A stretch of DNA of 33,430 bases from Acidimicrobiales bacterium (GCA_050743905.1 JBOGGH010000001.1:1-33430), one strand, 5' to 3'; counted from the first letter of the stretch, positions 24,801 to 33,329 are shown. Made by a program: numbers and translations. Notes: generated by a model from the letters alone, not told the origin.

Positions 24801-27391
24801 ACCTGTCGCTGACCACCGGTCAGCGTCTCGCCCTCGACCAACTTCGACACCTTGTCGCCTCCTCCGATGGGAGCATCGACATCCCCGCCGAGCCCACGGT
24901 TGTCGGAGATCTGCTCAAGGCGGAGATATCGCTCGACTGCTCGGGGACGCCGACCGCCGAGGGAGGACTGGCCCTACGGCGGCGGGAGCGGTTCGCCATC
25001 TACGTTGCTCCAGATTTCCCGTTCTCGATACCCACCATCGTTGTGCCTCACCACCGCTGGGCCGGGATCCCGCACGTGCAGTGGTGCTGCCAACTCTGTC
25101 TCTACGCCGCCCCGTCGATCGAGTGGGATCCGGCCGACGGAATGTTCGGGCTGATACAACGACTCAGCGAATGGCTACATCAAGCGGCCCTCGGCGAACT
25201 CGATCCCGACGATCAGCCACTCCATCCACCAGTCGCCTACACCTCGGCTACTCATGGCGTCATCGTCATCCGCGCCGACCTTGGCGACCGCGCCCCTACC
25301 ACCAGTACCACGACTCGCGGCAACTCGTCCCTCCGGTCGGCGCAGACCCAAGAGGCCAACCCCGGCGCCCGCCTCGTGGTCGGCCTGACGGTCGACCACT
25401 CAGAAGGCCGTCGAGATCTCATCGAGTGGGTGGATCGACGGGAATGGTTGCAACGCTTCACTGCCGGACAAGTCCCATCCGTCCGCGATGGCAAGCCCGT
25501 GGCCGGCGTCCTCGCTGTCCTTTGCAACGCCGAGATGAGCTTCGAGTACCCCAAGCAGGCAGCCGCCCTTATCGCGGCCCTGGAGACCTTCGGGCTCCCA
25601 CGTAACGAGCTCTTCGACGCCGTCGGAGAAGTCGCCGCCGTCAACTATGAACTCGCTCGCCACCGAGCAGGCAGCGGACCAATCAACCCTCCCCCTGTCG
25701 ATCTCCTGGTCGGCACCCCGTCTCGGCGCATGCAAGAAGCAGCCCTCAGACAGCATCTGGTGTGCTGGCGCTTCAACGACGTCGGCCGCCTCATCACCGA
25801 GAACGTGATCTTCGCCAACTCCGACCACGCGGCTCTTGCCCACCTCGGTGAACTGGCCGAAAAACTGCTCCCAGACTGGATCGCAAACACTGAAACCTCA
25901 TGGGTACGAGTACTGGAGGACCGAGCCGAGGTCACCATCCGACGCGACACCAACAGCAGCGCCTCGTGGATCCGGGGTCGCCGTATCATCGTCATCGGTT
26001 GCGGAGCACTCGGCGGTCCCATCGCCGAATTCTGTGTCCGTGGCGGGGCGGCAGCCGTCTGGGTGATCGACGAGGACATCGTCACGCCGGGCATCTTGGT
26101 GCGCCAGCCCTACACCGACGACGACATCGGCGTCAACAAGGCCGTCGCCCTCAGCAGTCGGCTCAACAGGATACGAAGCGACCAGCCCGTGCAGCCCGCA
26201 ACAGGCAGCGCTGAGGCGGTCCTCCTCGCCGACGGCGCAGGTGCGCCCAACGTTGATCTGGTCATCGACGCCACGGCCAACAACACGGTGGCAGCCCTCA
26301 TCGAACTCCGCCGAAACCAGCACGGCGAGACCTGGCCGCCGATCATGTCGGTCGCGATAGGCCACGATGCCCGACGCGGCATAGTCCTGGTCACCAAGCG
26401 CGACGCAACTGGCGGCCCCCGAGAGGTGATGCGACGACTGGCCCTTGCCGGCCGAACGCACCACTCCGGACGGCTCGCAGACGTCGCAGCGGACCTATTC
26501 CCCGCTGAGTCTCGAAGCGCGACCTTCCAACCCGAGCCGGGCTGCTCATCTCCTACCTTCACCGGATCAGCCGCTGATCTCTCGGCCCTGGCCGGGCACC
26601 TCTTCGATGCAGGGCTCCGAGCCTTGACGAGTGACGGTCCCGCCCCGACAGCCGAACCCATGGTCGCGGGCATCGTTCGGCTCCCGGAGGTGCAGAACTC
26701 GTCGCTACCTGGAACCGACTGGTTCGGATGGCCGAACGACGCCGTCTCTCGCAACAACTCCAGCGACTACGAGATTCGGATCAGCCACCCAGCCCTTTCC
26801 CGCATGCGAGCAGAGGTCCGACGAGGCGCCCGTCTCCGTGGCCCCAACATCGAGACCGGCGGCCTCCTGCTCGGCCAAATCGACGACGCGTGCCGCTGCA
26901 TCTGGATCGACGACGTCTCCGGGCCGCCGCCCGACAGCCTCCTCTCCGCCGTTCACTTCGACCACGGCGTCGAGGGCGTCAACGAACTCGTCGCCTACCA
27001 CCGAAACCGCAGCGGGCGGCTGACGACGTTCGTAGGAATGTGGCATAGCCACCCGTACGGCGAGGCCAAACCCAGCGAAACCGACGAATACGGGATGCGA
27101 AGTCTGGTAACCCCGCTAGCGAACGGCCCGAGCAGAGCGCTGATCGTGATCATCGGCGGTGATGACGCCACCTGGACCAGATGGGTGACGTCCGGCCAGC
27201 CCCCCGACATCTTCGGACAACTGGTGACCCGAGCGGACACGAAAGGGCCACGAAAAGCACCACCGGTACCACAAAGCCATCAAACCTCCGCGTGGCCGGG
27301 CGGATGGACCTCTCGACCTCGCGCAGCGACCAAAAGGCGTCGGCTGCGAGTCTGGCCCTGGCGTCGCCGACACTTGATGAGGGCAAGATGA
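24797..27391 (+). CDS. single-polypeptide E2-like / E1 (ThiF)-like / JAB (JAMM) fusion protein
   Basis: E2: IPHVQWCCQLCLYAAPSIEWDP (Cys101 codon at 25097-25099). E1: RRIIVIGCGALGGPIAEFCVRGG...VIDEDIVTPGILVRQPY. JAB: IETGGLLLGQ ... MWHSHPYGEAKPSETD (HSH codons from 27044). The start overlaps the MBL stop as ATGA (24797-24800). Confidence 0.85.
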   Translation: MNLSLTTGQRLALDQLRHLVASSDGSIDIPAEPTVVGDLLKAEISLDCSGTPTAEGGLALRRRERFAIYVAPDFPFSIPTIVVPHHRWAGIPHVQWCCQLCLYAAPSIEWDPADGMFGLIQRLSEWLHQAALGELDPDDQPLHPPVAYTSATHGVIVIRADLGDRAPTTSTTTRGNSSLRSAQTQEANPGARLVVGLTVDHSEGRRDLIEWVDRREWLQRFTAGQVPSVRDGKPVAGVLAVLCNAEMSFEYPKQAAALIAALETFGLPRNELFDAVGEVAAVNYELARHRAGSGPINPPPVDLLVGTPSRRMQEAALRQHLVCWRFNDVGRLITENVIFANSDHAALAHLGELAEKLLPDWIANTETSWVRVLEDRAEVTIRRDTNSSASWIRGRRIIVIGCGALGGPIAEFCVRGGAAAVWVIDEDIVTPGILVRQPYTDDDIGVNKAVALSSRLNRIRSDQPVQPATGSAEAVLLADGAGAPNVDLVIDATANNTVAALIELRRNQHGETWPPIMSVAIGHDARRGIVLVTKRDATGGPREVMRRLALAGRTHHSGRLADVAADLFPAESRSATFQPEPGCSSPTFTGSAADLSALAGHLFDAGLRALTSDGPAPTAEPMVAGIVRLPEVQNSSLPGTDWFGWPNDAVSRNNSSDYEIRISHPALSRMRAEVRRGARLRGPNIETGGLLLGQIDDACRCIWIDDVSGPPPDSLLSAVHFDHGVEGVNELVAYHRNRSGRLTTFVGMWHSHPYGEAKPSETDEYGMRSLVTPLANGPSRALIVIIGGDDATWTRWVTSGQPPDIFGQLVTRADTKGPRKAPPVPQSHQTSAWPGGWTSRPRAATKRRRLRVWPWRRRHLMRAR

Positions 27392-28476
27392 CTCAACCAC
27401 GAATCGGCCTGGCAATCTCAGGCGGAGGATTCCGTGCGGCGTGCTTCGGGCTCGGCTGCCTCCGTGCCCTGCACGACCAAGACCTCCTCCGACACGTCCG
27501 GGTCATCTCAGGCATCAGCGGAGGCAGCGTCCTCACCTCCCTCTATGCGTACGGGCCGGCTGAATTCGAGACCTTCGACGCGTCGGTAGTAGAGCTACTG
27601 AGACACGGAATGCAGCTTGAGATGGCGGCCCGGGCGCTCAGACCAGACACCGCCGCACGCAACCTCGCGGATGCAGCTCGCGTACTCCTTACGCCGAGAA
27701 AATCCACGCCACACCTGAGATCTGCGAATCGGACGGACGCTCTTACCGCGGTCCTCTCCAACCGAGGGCTGGGCGACAAGACGATGGCCAATATCGCCCA
27801 CAACGACCTCGCGGCCGTGATCACGGCCACCGACCTCCGCACCAGTAACGCAATGCGATTCGGCAGCCTCCGAAGTTCCTGCTCGGCATACGGAACGATC
27901 GTGGAACCAGTACGCGTTGCCGAAGCTGTCGCGGCGAGCGGAGCCTTTCCTCTCCTGCTCCCAGCAGTGGAGCGCTCCTACAACTTCCGCTCCCATCCTG
28001 ACGAACCGAGCGAACGACAAGCACTCCTGCTGACTGACGGAGGGATCTATGACAACCTCGGCCTCAGCGTCCTCGAACCCGGACGGTCCCCAGCACACAC
28101 GGCGCACACCTACGACGTCGACTACGTCATCGCATGCGATGCCGGCCGTGGAAAACTACCGCTGGCGGCCGGCCACTTCGCAGCTGCCCGTCTGAAGCGC
28201 AGCTTCGACGTCGTCCACAAAAGATCCCAAGACGCAGCTCGTGGACGACTACACGAAGCTGCTGCCGCTGGCCGAATACAGGGATTCGTCCACGCGTACC
28301 TCGGCATGGCCGACGCAAGGTTGCCGGTCCCGGTACCCGACCTCGTGCCGTCCGACGCTGTCCGGCAGTACCCGACGAACTTCCGCAAGATGCCCGACGC
28401 GTCGATCGACTCCATCAGCATGCGTGGTGAGCAGCTGACCAGGACGCTGCTCGCTCACTACTGCCCGGACCTCTGA
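27388..28476 (+). CDS. patatin-like phospholipase
   Basis: MTQPRIGLAISGGGFRAACFG (oxyanion GGGxR), ISGISGGSVL (GxSxG) and LLLTDGGIYDNLG (catalytic DGG). ATG 27388 overlaps the upstream stop as ATGA. An alternative in-frame ATG 27304 cannot be excluded. Confidence 0.85.
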   Translation: MTQPRIGLAISGGGFRAACFGLGCLRALHDQDLLRHVRVISGISGGSVLTSLYAYGPAEFETFDASVVELLRHGMQLEMAARALRPDTAARNLADAARVLLTPRKSTPHLRSANRTDALTAVLSNRGLGDKTMANIAHNDLAAVITATDLRTSNAMRFGSLRSSCSAYGTIVEPVRVAEAVAASGAFPLLLPAVERSYNFRSHPDEPSERQALLLTDGGIYDNLGLSVLEPGRSPAHTAHTYDVDYVIACDAGRGKLPLAAGHFAAARLKRSFDVVHKRSQDAARGRLHEAAAAGRIQGFVHAYLGMADARLPVPVPDLVPSDAVRQYPTNFRKMPDASIDSISMRGEQLTRTLLAHYCPDL

Positions 28477-28539
28477 CTCGTCGTCTCACGCGCGGGTCCA
28501 CATTTCGCGTAGCGCCGAGGTCAGGGAAGTAGCGGCTGG

Positions 28540-29184
28540 CTACAGCGGCCGCGCCGGGGCCACCGGCTGAAGGGAGCGGAAGTGCATCCACCAGATCATG
28601 TCGAAGATCTCGATTCTCGATCGTTCGGGAGCCTTGGCGGTCAGCGCATCCCAAGCGCTGGTGTTCTCAGAGCGGGTGAGGTCGACGTAGACCCACTCAA
28701 CGGCCTCGCGGATGCGAGAGAAGGAATAGACGCTGTCCTGCGAGGCCTTGGCCTCAGGCCACTGGGGATTCATGTAGGCACCGAAGATCGCCTCATTGTC
28801 CAAGATGGGGATCAAGACGGGCCGCTTCTTGTGCAGCACCTTCGTGGCGACCGACGCGGCGAAGCCGGGCCAGGAGGTGACGGCGGCGATCGTCTGAGCC
28901 ACGAGATCCCGAACCTGCGGGGTGCTCTCCTGCAGTGGGGTCGAGGGCACCTGGGCAAGATCGAGCTCATGACCGCGATCTTGGATGCTCTTGAAGGCGG
29001 CCGGTCCGACCCGAGAGTTGATCAGGATCGTGACCGCCAAGTCGTCCGGCACGAGAACGTTGGGATCGGCGATCGGCCGGTAGCCGAGGTAGCGCAGTCC
29101 GTCGTCAGTTCGATAGGCGTCGAGGAGGACGTCTGGGTCGCTGAGGGTCCGATCGATTCGACCACCGCCAACGAGCAGTTCCAT
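28540..29184 (-). CDS. hypothetical protein (possibly DUF6308-like)
   Basis: 214-aa track ORF. The block ATKVLHKKRPVLIPILDN recalls actinobacterial DUF6308-type proteins, from memory only. The opposite-strand ORF 28582..29193 has a shadow-ORF composition. Confidence 0.5.
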   Translation of the reverse strand: MELLVGGGRIDRTLSDPDVLLDAYRTDDGLRYLGYRPIADPNVLVPDDLAVTILINSRVGPAAFKSIQDRGHELDLAQVPSTPLQESTPQVRDLVAQTIAAVTSWPGFAASVATKVLHKKRPVLIPILDNEAIFGAYMNPQWPEAKASQDSVYSFSRIREAVEWVYVDLTRSENTSAWDALTAKAPERSRIEIFDMIWWMHFRSLQPVAPARPL

Positions 29185-29236
29185 GGGAGATAGCTTGCCG
29201 CCCAGTGCTCCTGGAAGGCCGCATCCGTAGTCGGCG

Positions 29237-29743
29237 ATGGCATCGTGCCAGAGTGGGGCGATGATCGATGGACCTCGGATGCTCGATGAGTTTCAGGAGG
29301 CAGCCAAGAGGGTCGGGCTGCTGAGCGAAACCGTCCTCATCAGTCACGAGCACCTGCCGGCACCCCACCGTCCGCCGTCGCGACTACGAGCCGAGAGCAC
29401 CGCCGTCTACGTATTCTCCTTGAGTGCCGACTACGGGACGACCTGCCCAGCTGGTCCGAACCGGGTGCTCAAGGTCGGGAAGGTCGGCGCCAACAGCGCC
29501 GCCCGCTTCTGCTCCCAGCACTACCTTCCCGGCTCCGCGGGCTCCAACCTGGCCAAGAGCCTGCTCGCCGAACGGGTGCTATGGCCGTACCTCGGGATCA
29601 CACAACTGGATGCAGCGGGCATCAAATCCTGGATGTGCGAGCACCTCGACAGGGACCACACCTTCGTCACCGGGCAGCCAGGTCTGGAGCGAGAGATCGA
29701 GCGTTACTTCCGCGGCCGGCTTGGTCCGGTCTTCGAGGGTTGA
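29237..29743 (+). CDS. hypothetical protein, GIY-YIG/T5orf172-like by weak motif resemblance
   Basis: TAVYVFSL ... VLKVGKVGANSAARF ... LEREIERYF loosely parallels the GIY / YIG / R / E blocks. The start is uncertain (ATG 29237, 29261 or 29279). Confidence 0.35.
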   Translation: MASCQSGAMIDGPRMLDEFQEAAKRVGLLSETVLISHEHLPAPHRPPSRLRAESTAVYVFSLSADYGTTCPAGPNRVLKVGKVGANSAARFCSQHYLPGSAGSNLAKSLLAERVLWPYLGITQLDAAGIKSWMCEHLDRDHTFVTGQPGLEREIERYFRGRLGPVFEG

Positions 29744-29752
29744 TCGGGCCAG

Positions 29753-30349
29753 GTGCCACCGTCGCCCCTTCGGCGATGCGCCGCCTACGGATTCCCCGCA
29801 AGCGTCGTGGCCTCATGTATCGATACGGGTGTAACGCGCGATCTGCTCTTTGTCCGCGGCTGGCGCTCGGGACTGGGCGACCTGACGAGACGCGAACGGG
29901 CCACCATCGCAGGAGTGACCGGCCATATTGCCGAATCCGTCATTGAGGTGCTTCTTGAACCCCTGGGATGGTCCCCCCTATGGCACATGACCGGGCCGGG
30001 CTGGCACGGCGTCGATCTGGTGCTGCTCGCCCCCGGCGACGTCGTTGTTGCGATCGAGGTGAAGGGCACCCTCGTACCAGGTCGAGTCCCGCGCTTGTCA
30101 GCCGGTGAGATAGCGCAGATGAGCGCTGCCTGGGTTGACAAGATCGACAACCCAGGGATGGCAGAACTCGGTCTTGCAAGCACCGACGTCTACGGCGGCG
30201 TCTCCGTTGTCAACTTCGCTGACCTCACCTGGAGAGCGGCACTCACCCGCGACTTTCTGGACTTCGAGCCGATCAACGCCCAGGAACAACTGGCTGACCT
30301 CACCTGGCTAGTGGACGCGGGAGGACCGGGCGACCGAGGGGCGAACTAG
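29753..30349 (+). CDS. PD-(D/E)XK (Mrr-cat-like) restriction-endonuclease-fold protein
   Basis: GHIAESVIEVLLEPLGWSPL ... WHGVDLVLLAPGDVVVAIEVKG gives the E ... D ... E-x-K arrangement of the restriction endonuclease fold. GTG 29753 lies 9 nt after the upstream stop. Confidence 0.45.
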   Translation: MPPSPLRRCAAYGFPASVVASCIDTGVTRDLLFVRGWRSGLGDLTRRERATIAGVTGHIAESVIEVLLEPLGWSPLWHMTGPGWHGVDLVLLAPGDVVVAIEVKGTLVPGRVPRLSAGEIAQMSAAWVDKIDNPGMAELGLASTDVYGGVSVVNFADLTWRAALTRDFLDFEPINAQEQLADLTWLVDAGGPGDRGAN

Positions 30350-30394
30350 GCTCCCGCTACGGACCCGACCACGACCCCGTTCGACGATCCCCAG

Positions 30395-30805
30395 GTGGGG
30401 GGTGCCCATCGAGCCCTTGCCGCGCTCGCAAGGACCGCCGACGAGCGGTGCGGCCACGAACCCGGGCTCGACTGTGTCCTCTGCTTCGTGAAATACGACC
30501 AGCTCGTCGAGCATGCCGAGGGCTATCCGGGCTCCCTCTTCGCAACGGAGGACGAGCACCGTAAGTTCTCCGAAACGTACCTGAGCGATGAGCGCAACCG
30601 CGAGCGTGTCATCGCGATGGTCTTGAACGTCGCCTCCCAACAATCCGGAGATAGTGCGGACCTAGCGAATCGCATCATTGACCGGATGGCCCGCACTGAT
30701 GCTGGGTGGGCTGGGGCGAAGCCGCAGTTCTACGCCCTGCCGGCTCCTGGGGGGCTGGGGGTCGCTCTTGCGATCTACGACACCTTCTGGACCGAACGAT
30801 GGTAG
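30395..30805 (+). CDS. hypothetical protein (136 aa, Cys-x7-Cys-x2-Cys near the N-terminus)
   Basis: GTG 30395. Third-codon positions are G/C-rich throughout, consistent with coding. The stop overlaps the start of the caspase-like gene. Confidence 0.5.
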   Translation: MGGAHRALAALARTADERCGHEPGLDCVLCFVKYDQLVEHAEGYPGSLFATEDEHRKFSETYLSDERNRERVIAMVLNVASQQSGDSADLANRIIDRMARTDAGWAGAKPQFYALPAPGGLGVALAIYDTFWTERW

Positions 30806-31638
30806 CTGCGCGGGAGGACGGAACGTCGTTCGTCCTCGCGGTCGGTGTCGACGACTTCTCGGATCCCTTGATCCCGAACCTTCAGTGGGCCGTAGCTGAC
30901 GCCACCGCGTTCTTCAGCGTCGCCACGTCTGGTCGGGATCCCGATCGGCTCGATGCACGCCTCCTGGTCGACGGGAACGCGACGCTCAAGGCAGTTCGCA
31001 ACGCGCTAGGAGAATGGCTCGCCACGTCGCGGCCATCGGACAACGTTGCGGTCTACTTCGCCGGCCATGGGGCTCGTGAGCTTCCACCAGGCGCCGACAT
31101 CAACCACGCGGACGCGTACCTCCTGCCTTCCGATGCCGAGATCAACAGCCTCTATTCGACGAGCCTGTCGTTGCGCTACGAAGTCCCTACCTTGCTTCAG
31201 CGCATTGCCGCTCGTCATGTCATTTTCATCCTCGATTGTTGCCTGGCAGGAAGCTCGCGAACCACCGCTCCCGGGATGCGGAACCGTGGCATCGACGGTC
31301 CGAATATCACCCGCGCCGAAGCGGTCGCGGGGCACTCGCTCCACTCCGCAGTCGCGCTCGCAGCGGGCGGAAGCGCCGACGTCGGTGAAGGCGTCATCGT
31401 CCTGTCAGCATGTGGACCCAACCAGTCCGCCCTGGAAAGCGACGAGTTCGGACACGGCATCTTCACGCACTTCCTGACCAGCCTGATGCAGCACGACCGT
31501 GAACAGGGAGTCCAGGTGGCCTCGGTGGGTTCCCTGTACGAGCGCACGACCAAACTCGTTCGAGACTTCAGTTCCTACGAACAGATCCCGATGCTCGAAG
31601 GTCGCGTCAGCGATCAGGGACTGTATGTCGGTGGGTGA
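30799..31638 (+). CDS. caspase-like (peptidase C14 fold) protein
   Basis: FVLAVGVDDF, NVAVYFAGHGA (catalytic His) and HVIFILDCCLAGS (catalytic Cys) form the caspase His-Cys dyad. ATG 30799 overlaps the upstream gene by 7 nt. Confidence 0.75.
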   Translation: MVAAREDGTSFVLAVGVDDFSDPLIPNLQWAVADATAFFSVATSGRDPDRLDARLLVDGNATLKAVRNALGEWLATSRPSDNVAVYFAGHGARELPPGADINHADAYLLPSDAEINSLYSTSLSLRYEVPTLLQRIAARHVIFILDCCLAGSSRTTAPGMRNRGIDGPNITRAEAVAGHSLHSAVALAAGGSADVGEGVIVLSACGPNQSALESDEFGHGIFTHFLTSLMQHDREQGVQVASVGSLYERTTKLVRDFSSYEQIPMLEGRVSDQGLYVGG

Positions 31639-33235
31639 GCCGTCCTTTGACAATGCCATCGATGTCGGCCTTCTGGCGACTCCATTGCGCATATTGGGGG
31701 AGACCAGGTGTGCAGACCAGGTCATCCGCTTGAAGGCGCCCCCAGGTGCCGATCCTCGTGAAATCCCCCTCGATGCGACTTACCACCACGAGTGGGCGCA
31801 CTACGTCCAATACTCAGCGACCCCCATCGGCATCCTTCTCTCCTCCTTCCGACGCGCCTGCGTCAAGGCGCTCTCAAACGCGCTTGTCAAATCGCCGATC
31901 GAGTTCGCAGCGAATCGAGAGGACCTGAGTGAAAGCGACGGGACGGACTACTGGGGGCGTCTCGACCGCCTGAATCGCAACTGGGACGCGTGGCGCCCAG
32001 ACTGGTACGTAATCGAACGCCGCTCAGTGCGTGAAGTCACCTCGGCCCACCTGGACCCCCGCGGGTTGCTGGTGAACCTGGCTGGGCTAGATGGACAGTT
32101 CTGGCTGCCAGTTGGGCCAAAGCAGATCTTTGAGGCCTGGGCCTGGCTCGTCGAGCAGATGCATCTCGTCGCCGTCGAACAGGCTGATCGTCGCTTCATG
32201 ATTCCTCGCGGAGCTGACAGCCTCATCTATACCTGGCCGATCTGGGCCTACGCCTCTCAACACGATCTTCCAATCGAATCGATCGATATCGCGACGGCCT
32301 TCCAGTTCCTCCCACCACTCTTCGTTTCCTGCTTCTACGACAGCCGCATCCTTGATCTCGAAGGGCGGGGGATCAGCGACTCGTTCCAGGCATGCGTTGC
32401 AATTCTCAAGGACCGCCGCGTCTCCTGCGGCCGGCTGTTCTGGCAAATGCTCCACGACCATCATCGTTTTGATCGTTCCGTGCCCATCAGCCGAAGCATG
32501 GATCAGTATCTCACTGGCCTCGGGATTCCGTCGCTCTCGACAATGCTGGAATCCACCGGGTTGCTCCTCGAGCGAATGATCATTGTCCACGAGGAGAACG
32601 CACAACAGGCGTCGGACTACGCGCGAGAGCGTGGTGGCGTAGCGAACCTCCTCCACGACATGGTCGAGCGCGAGTTGCTCGATACCTCGGTTCGCAACCT
32701 CGCAGTAATTGCTAAGAACCTGGAACGCGCCCTGTCGATGCCGCTGGCGCTGAGAGATCATACGGAGGCTGCGGTATGTGCGATCGAGATGGAAGATCAC
32801 TTCGCATGGGTAATCGTCCACCTTGGTCAACCGTTCGCTGGCGAGAGGAAGGTGGTGGCTGACAATCGCGTGCGGCTGCGACAGCAGCTCGCCATCTTCG
32901 AGCATGTTCTCTTCCAGTTTGCCGATGGTAAGCACGTTGGCTGCTACGGCTCACCTGAATGGCGTATTCCGATCAATGCTTGCCCGTCGGCGGTGGCGTG
33001 TATGGATCTCAAAGACAAGCATGGTCTTGGGTTTTGCGTGGATGCGGATTGGCGACGGAAGGTCGCATCCATACTTTCTCCCGTATTCGCACATTCCGAT
33101 ACGCCGTTGACCGACAAGGAGGTCCCCGGGATCACTGCGGCCATCGATGAGCTGTGGCAGTGGATACGGACCGAGGAAGCAGCCAATAGCGTCATTGACC
33201 TCCCGATCCTCGGCATTCCGCTTCCCAGGTCTTGA
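31625..33235 (+). CDS. HExxH-motif protein (putative zinc metallopeptidase), family not recognised
   Basis: LDATYHHEWAHYVQYSATP contains HEWAH. ATG 31625 overlaps the caspase-like gene by 14 nt. 536 aa. Confidence 0.55.
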   Translation: MSVGEPSFDNAIDVGLLATPLRILGETRCADQVIRLKAPPGADPREIPLDATYHHEWAHYVQYSATPIGILLSSFRRACVKALSNALVKSPIEFAANREDLSESDGTDYWGRLDRLNRNWDAWRPDWYVIERRSVREVTSAHLDPRGLLVNLAGLDGQFWLPVGPKQIFEAWAWLVEQMHLVAVEQADRRFMIPRGADSLIYTWPIWAYASQHDLPIESIDIATAFQFLPPLFVSCFYDSRILDLEGRGISDSFQACVAILKDRRVSCGRLFWQMLHDHHRFDRSVPISRSMDQYLTGLGIPSLSTMLESTGLLLERMIIVHEENAQQASDYARERGGVANLLHDMVERELLDTSVRNLAVIAKNLERALSMPLALRDHTEAAVCAIEMEDHFAWVIVHLGQPFAGERKVVADNRVRLRQQLAIFEHVLFQFADGKHVGCYGSPEWRIPINACPSAVACMDLKDKHGLGFCVDADWRRKVASILSPVFAHSDTPLTDKEVPGITAAIDELWQWIRTEEAANSVIDLPILGIPLPRS

Positions 33236-33329
33236 GTGTGCCCGCCGAGTGCTTGATCCAGCGGTCTCGCTGCCACGATCGGCAAGCTCAACGGCCGATG
33301 CCGGCGCATTCGAAAGGCGCTACATGACA

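Noticed and set aside
22309-28476. Classifying the E2-E1-JAB/patatin operon as type II CBASS
   Set aside because: No CD-NTase/cGAS-like nucleotidyltransferase motif (GS...DxD) is visible in any ORF of the operon or its flanks. The E2, E1 and JAB domains are fused in one chain rather than split as Cap2 plus Cap3.
32087-32935. 282-aa ORF antisense to the HExxH gene, and 28582..29193 antisense to the DUF6308-like gene
   Set aside because: Both have shadow-ORF composition without motifs. The chosen strands carry the recognisable blocks and the operon-consistent overlaps.
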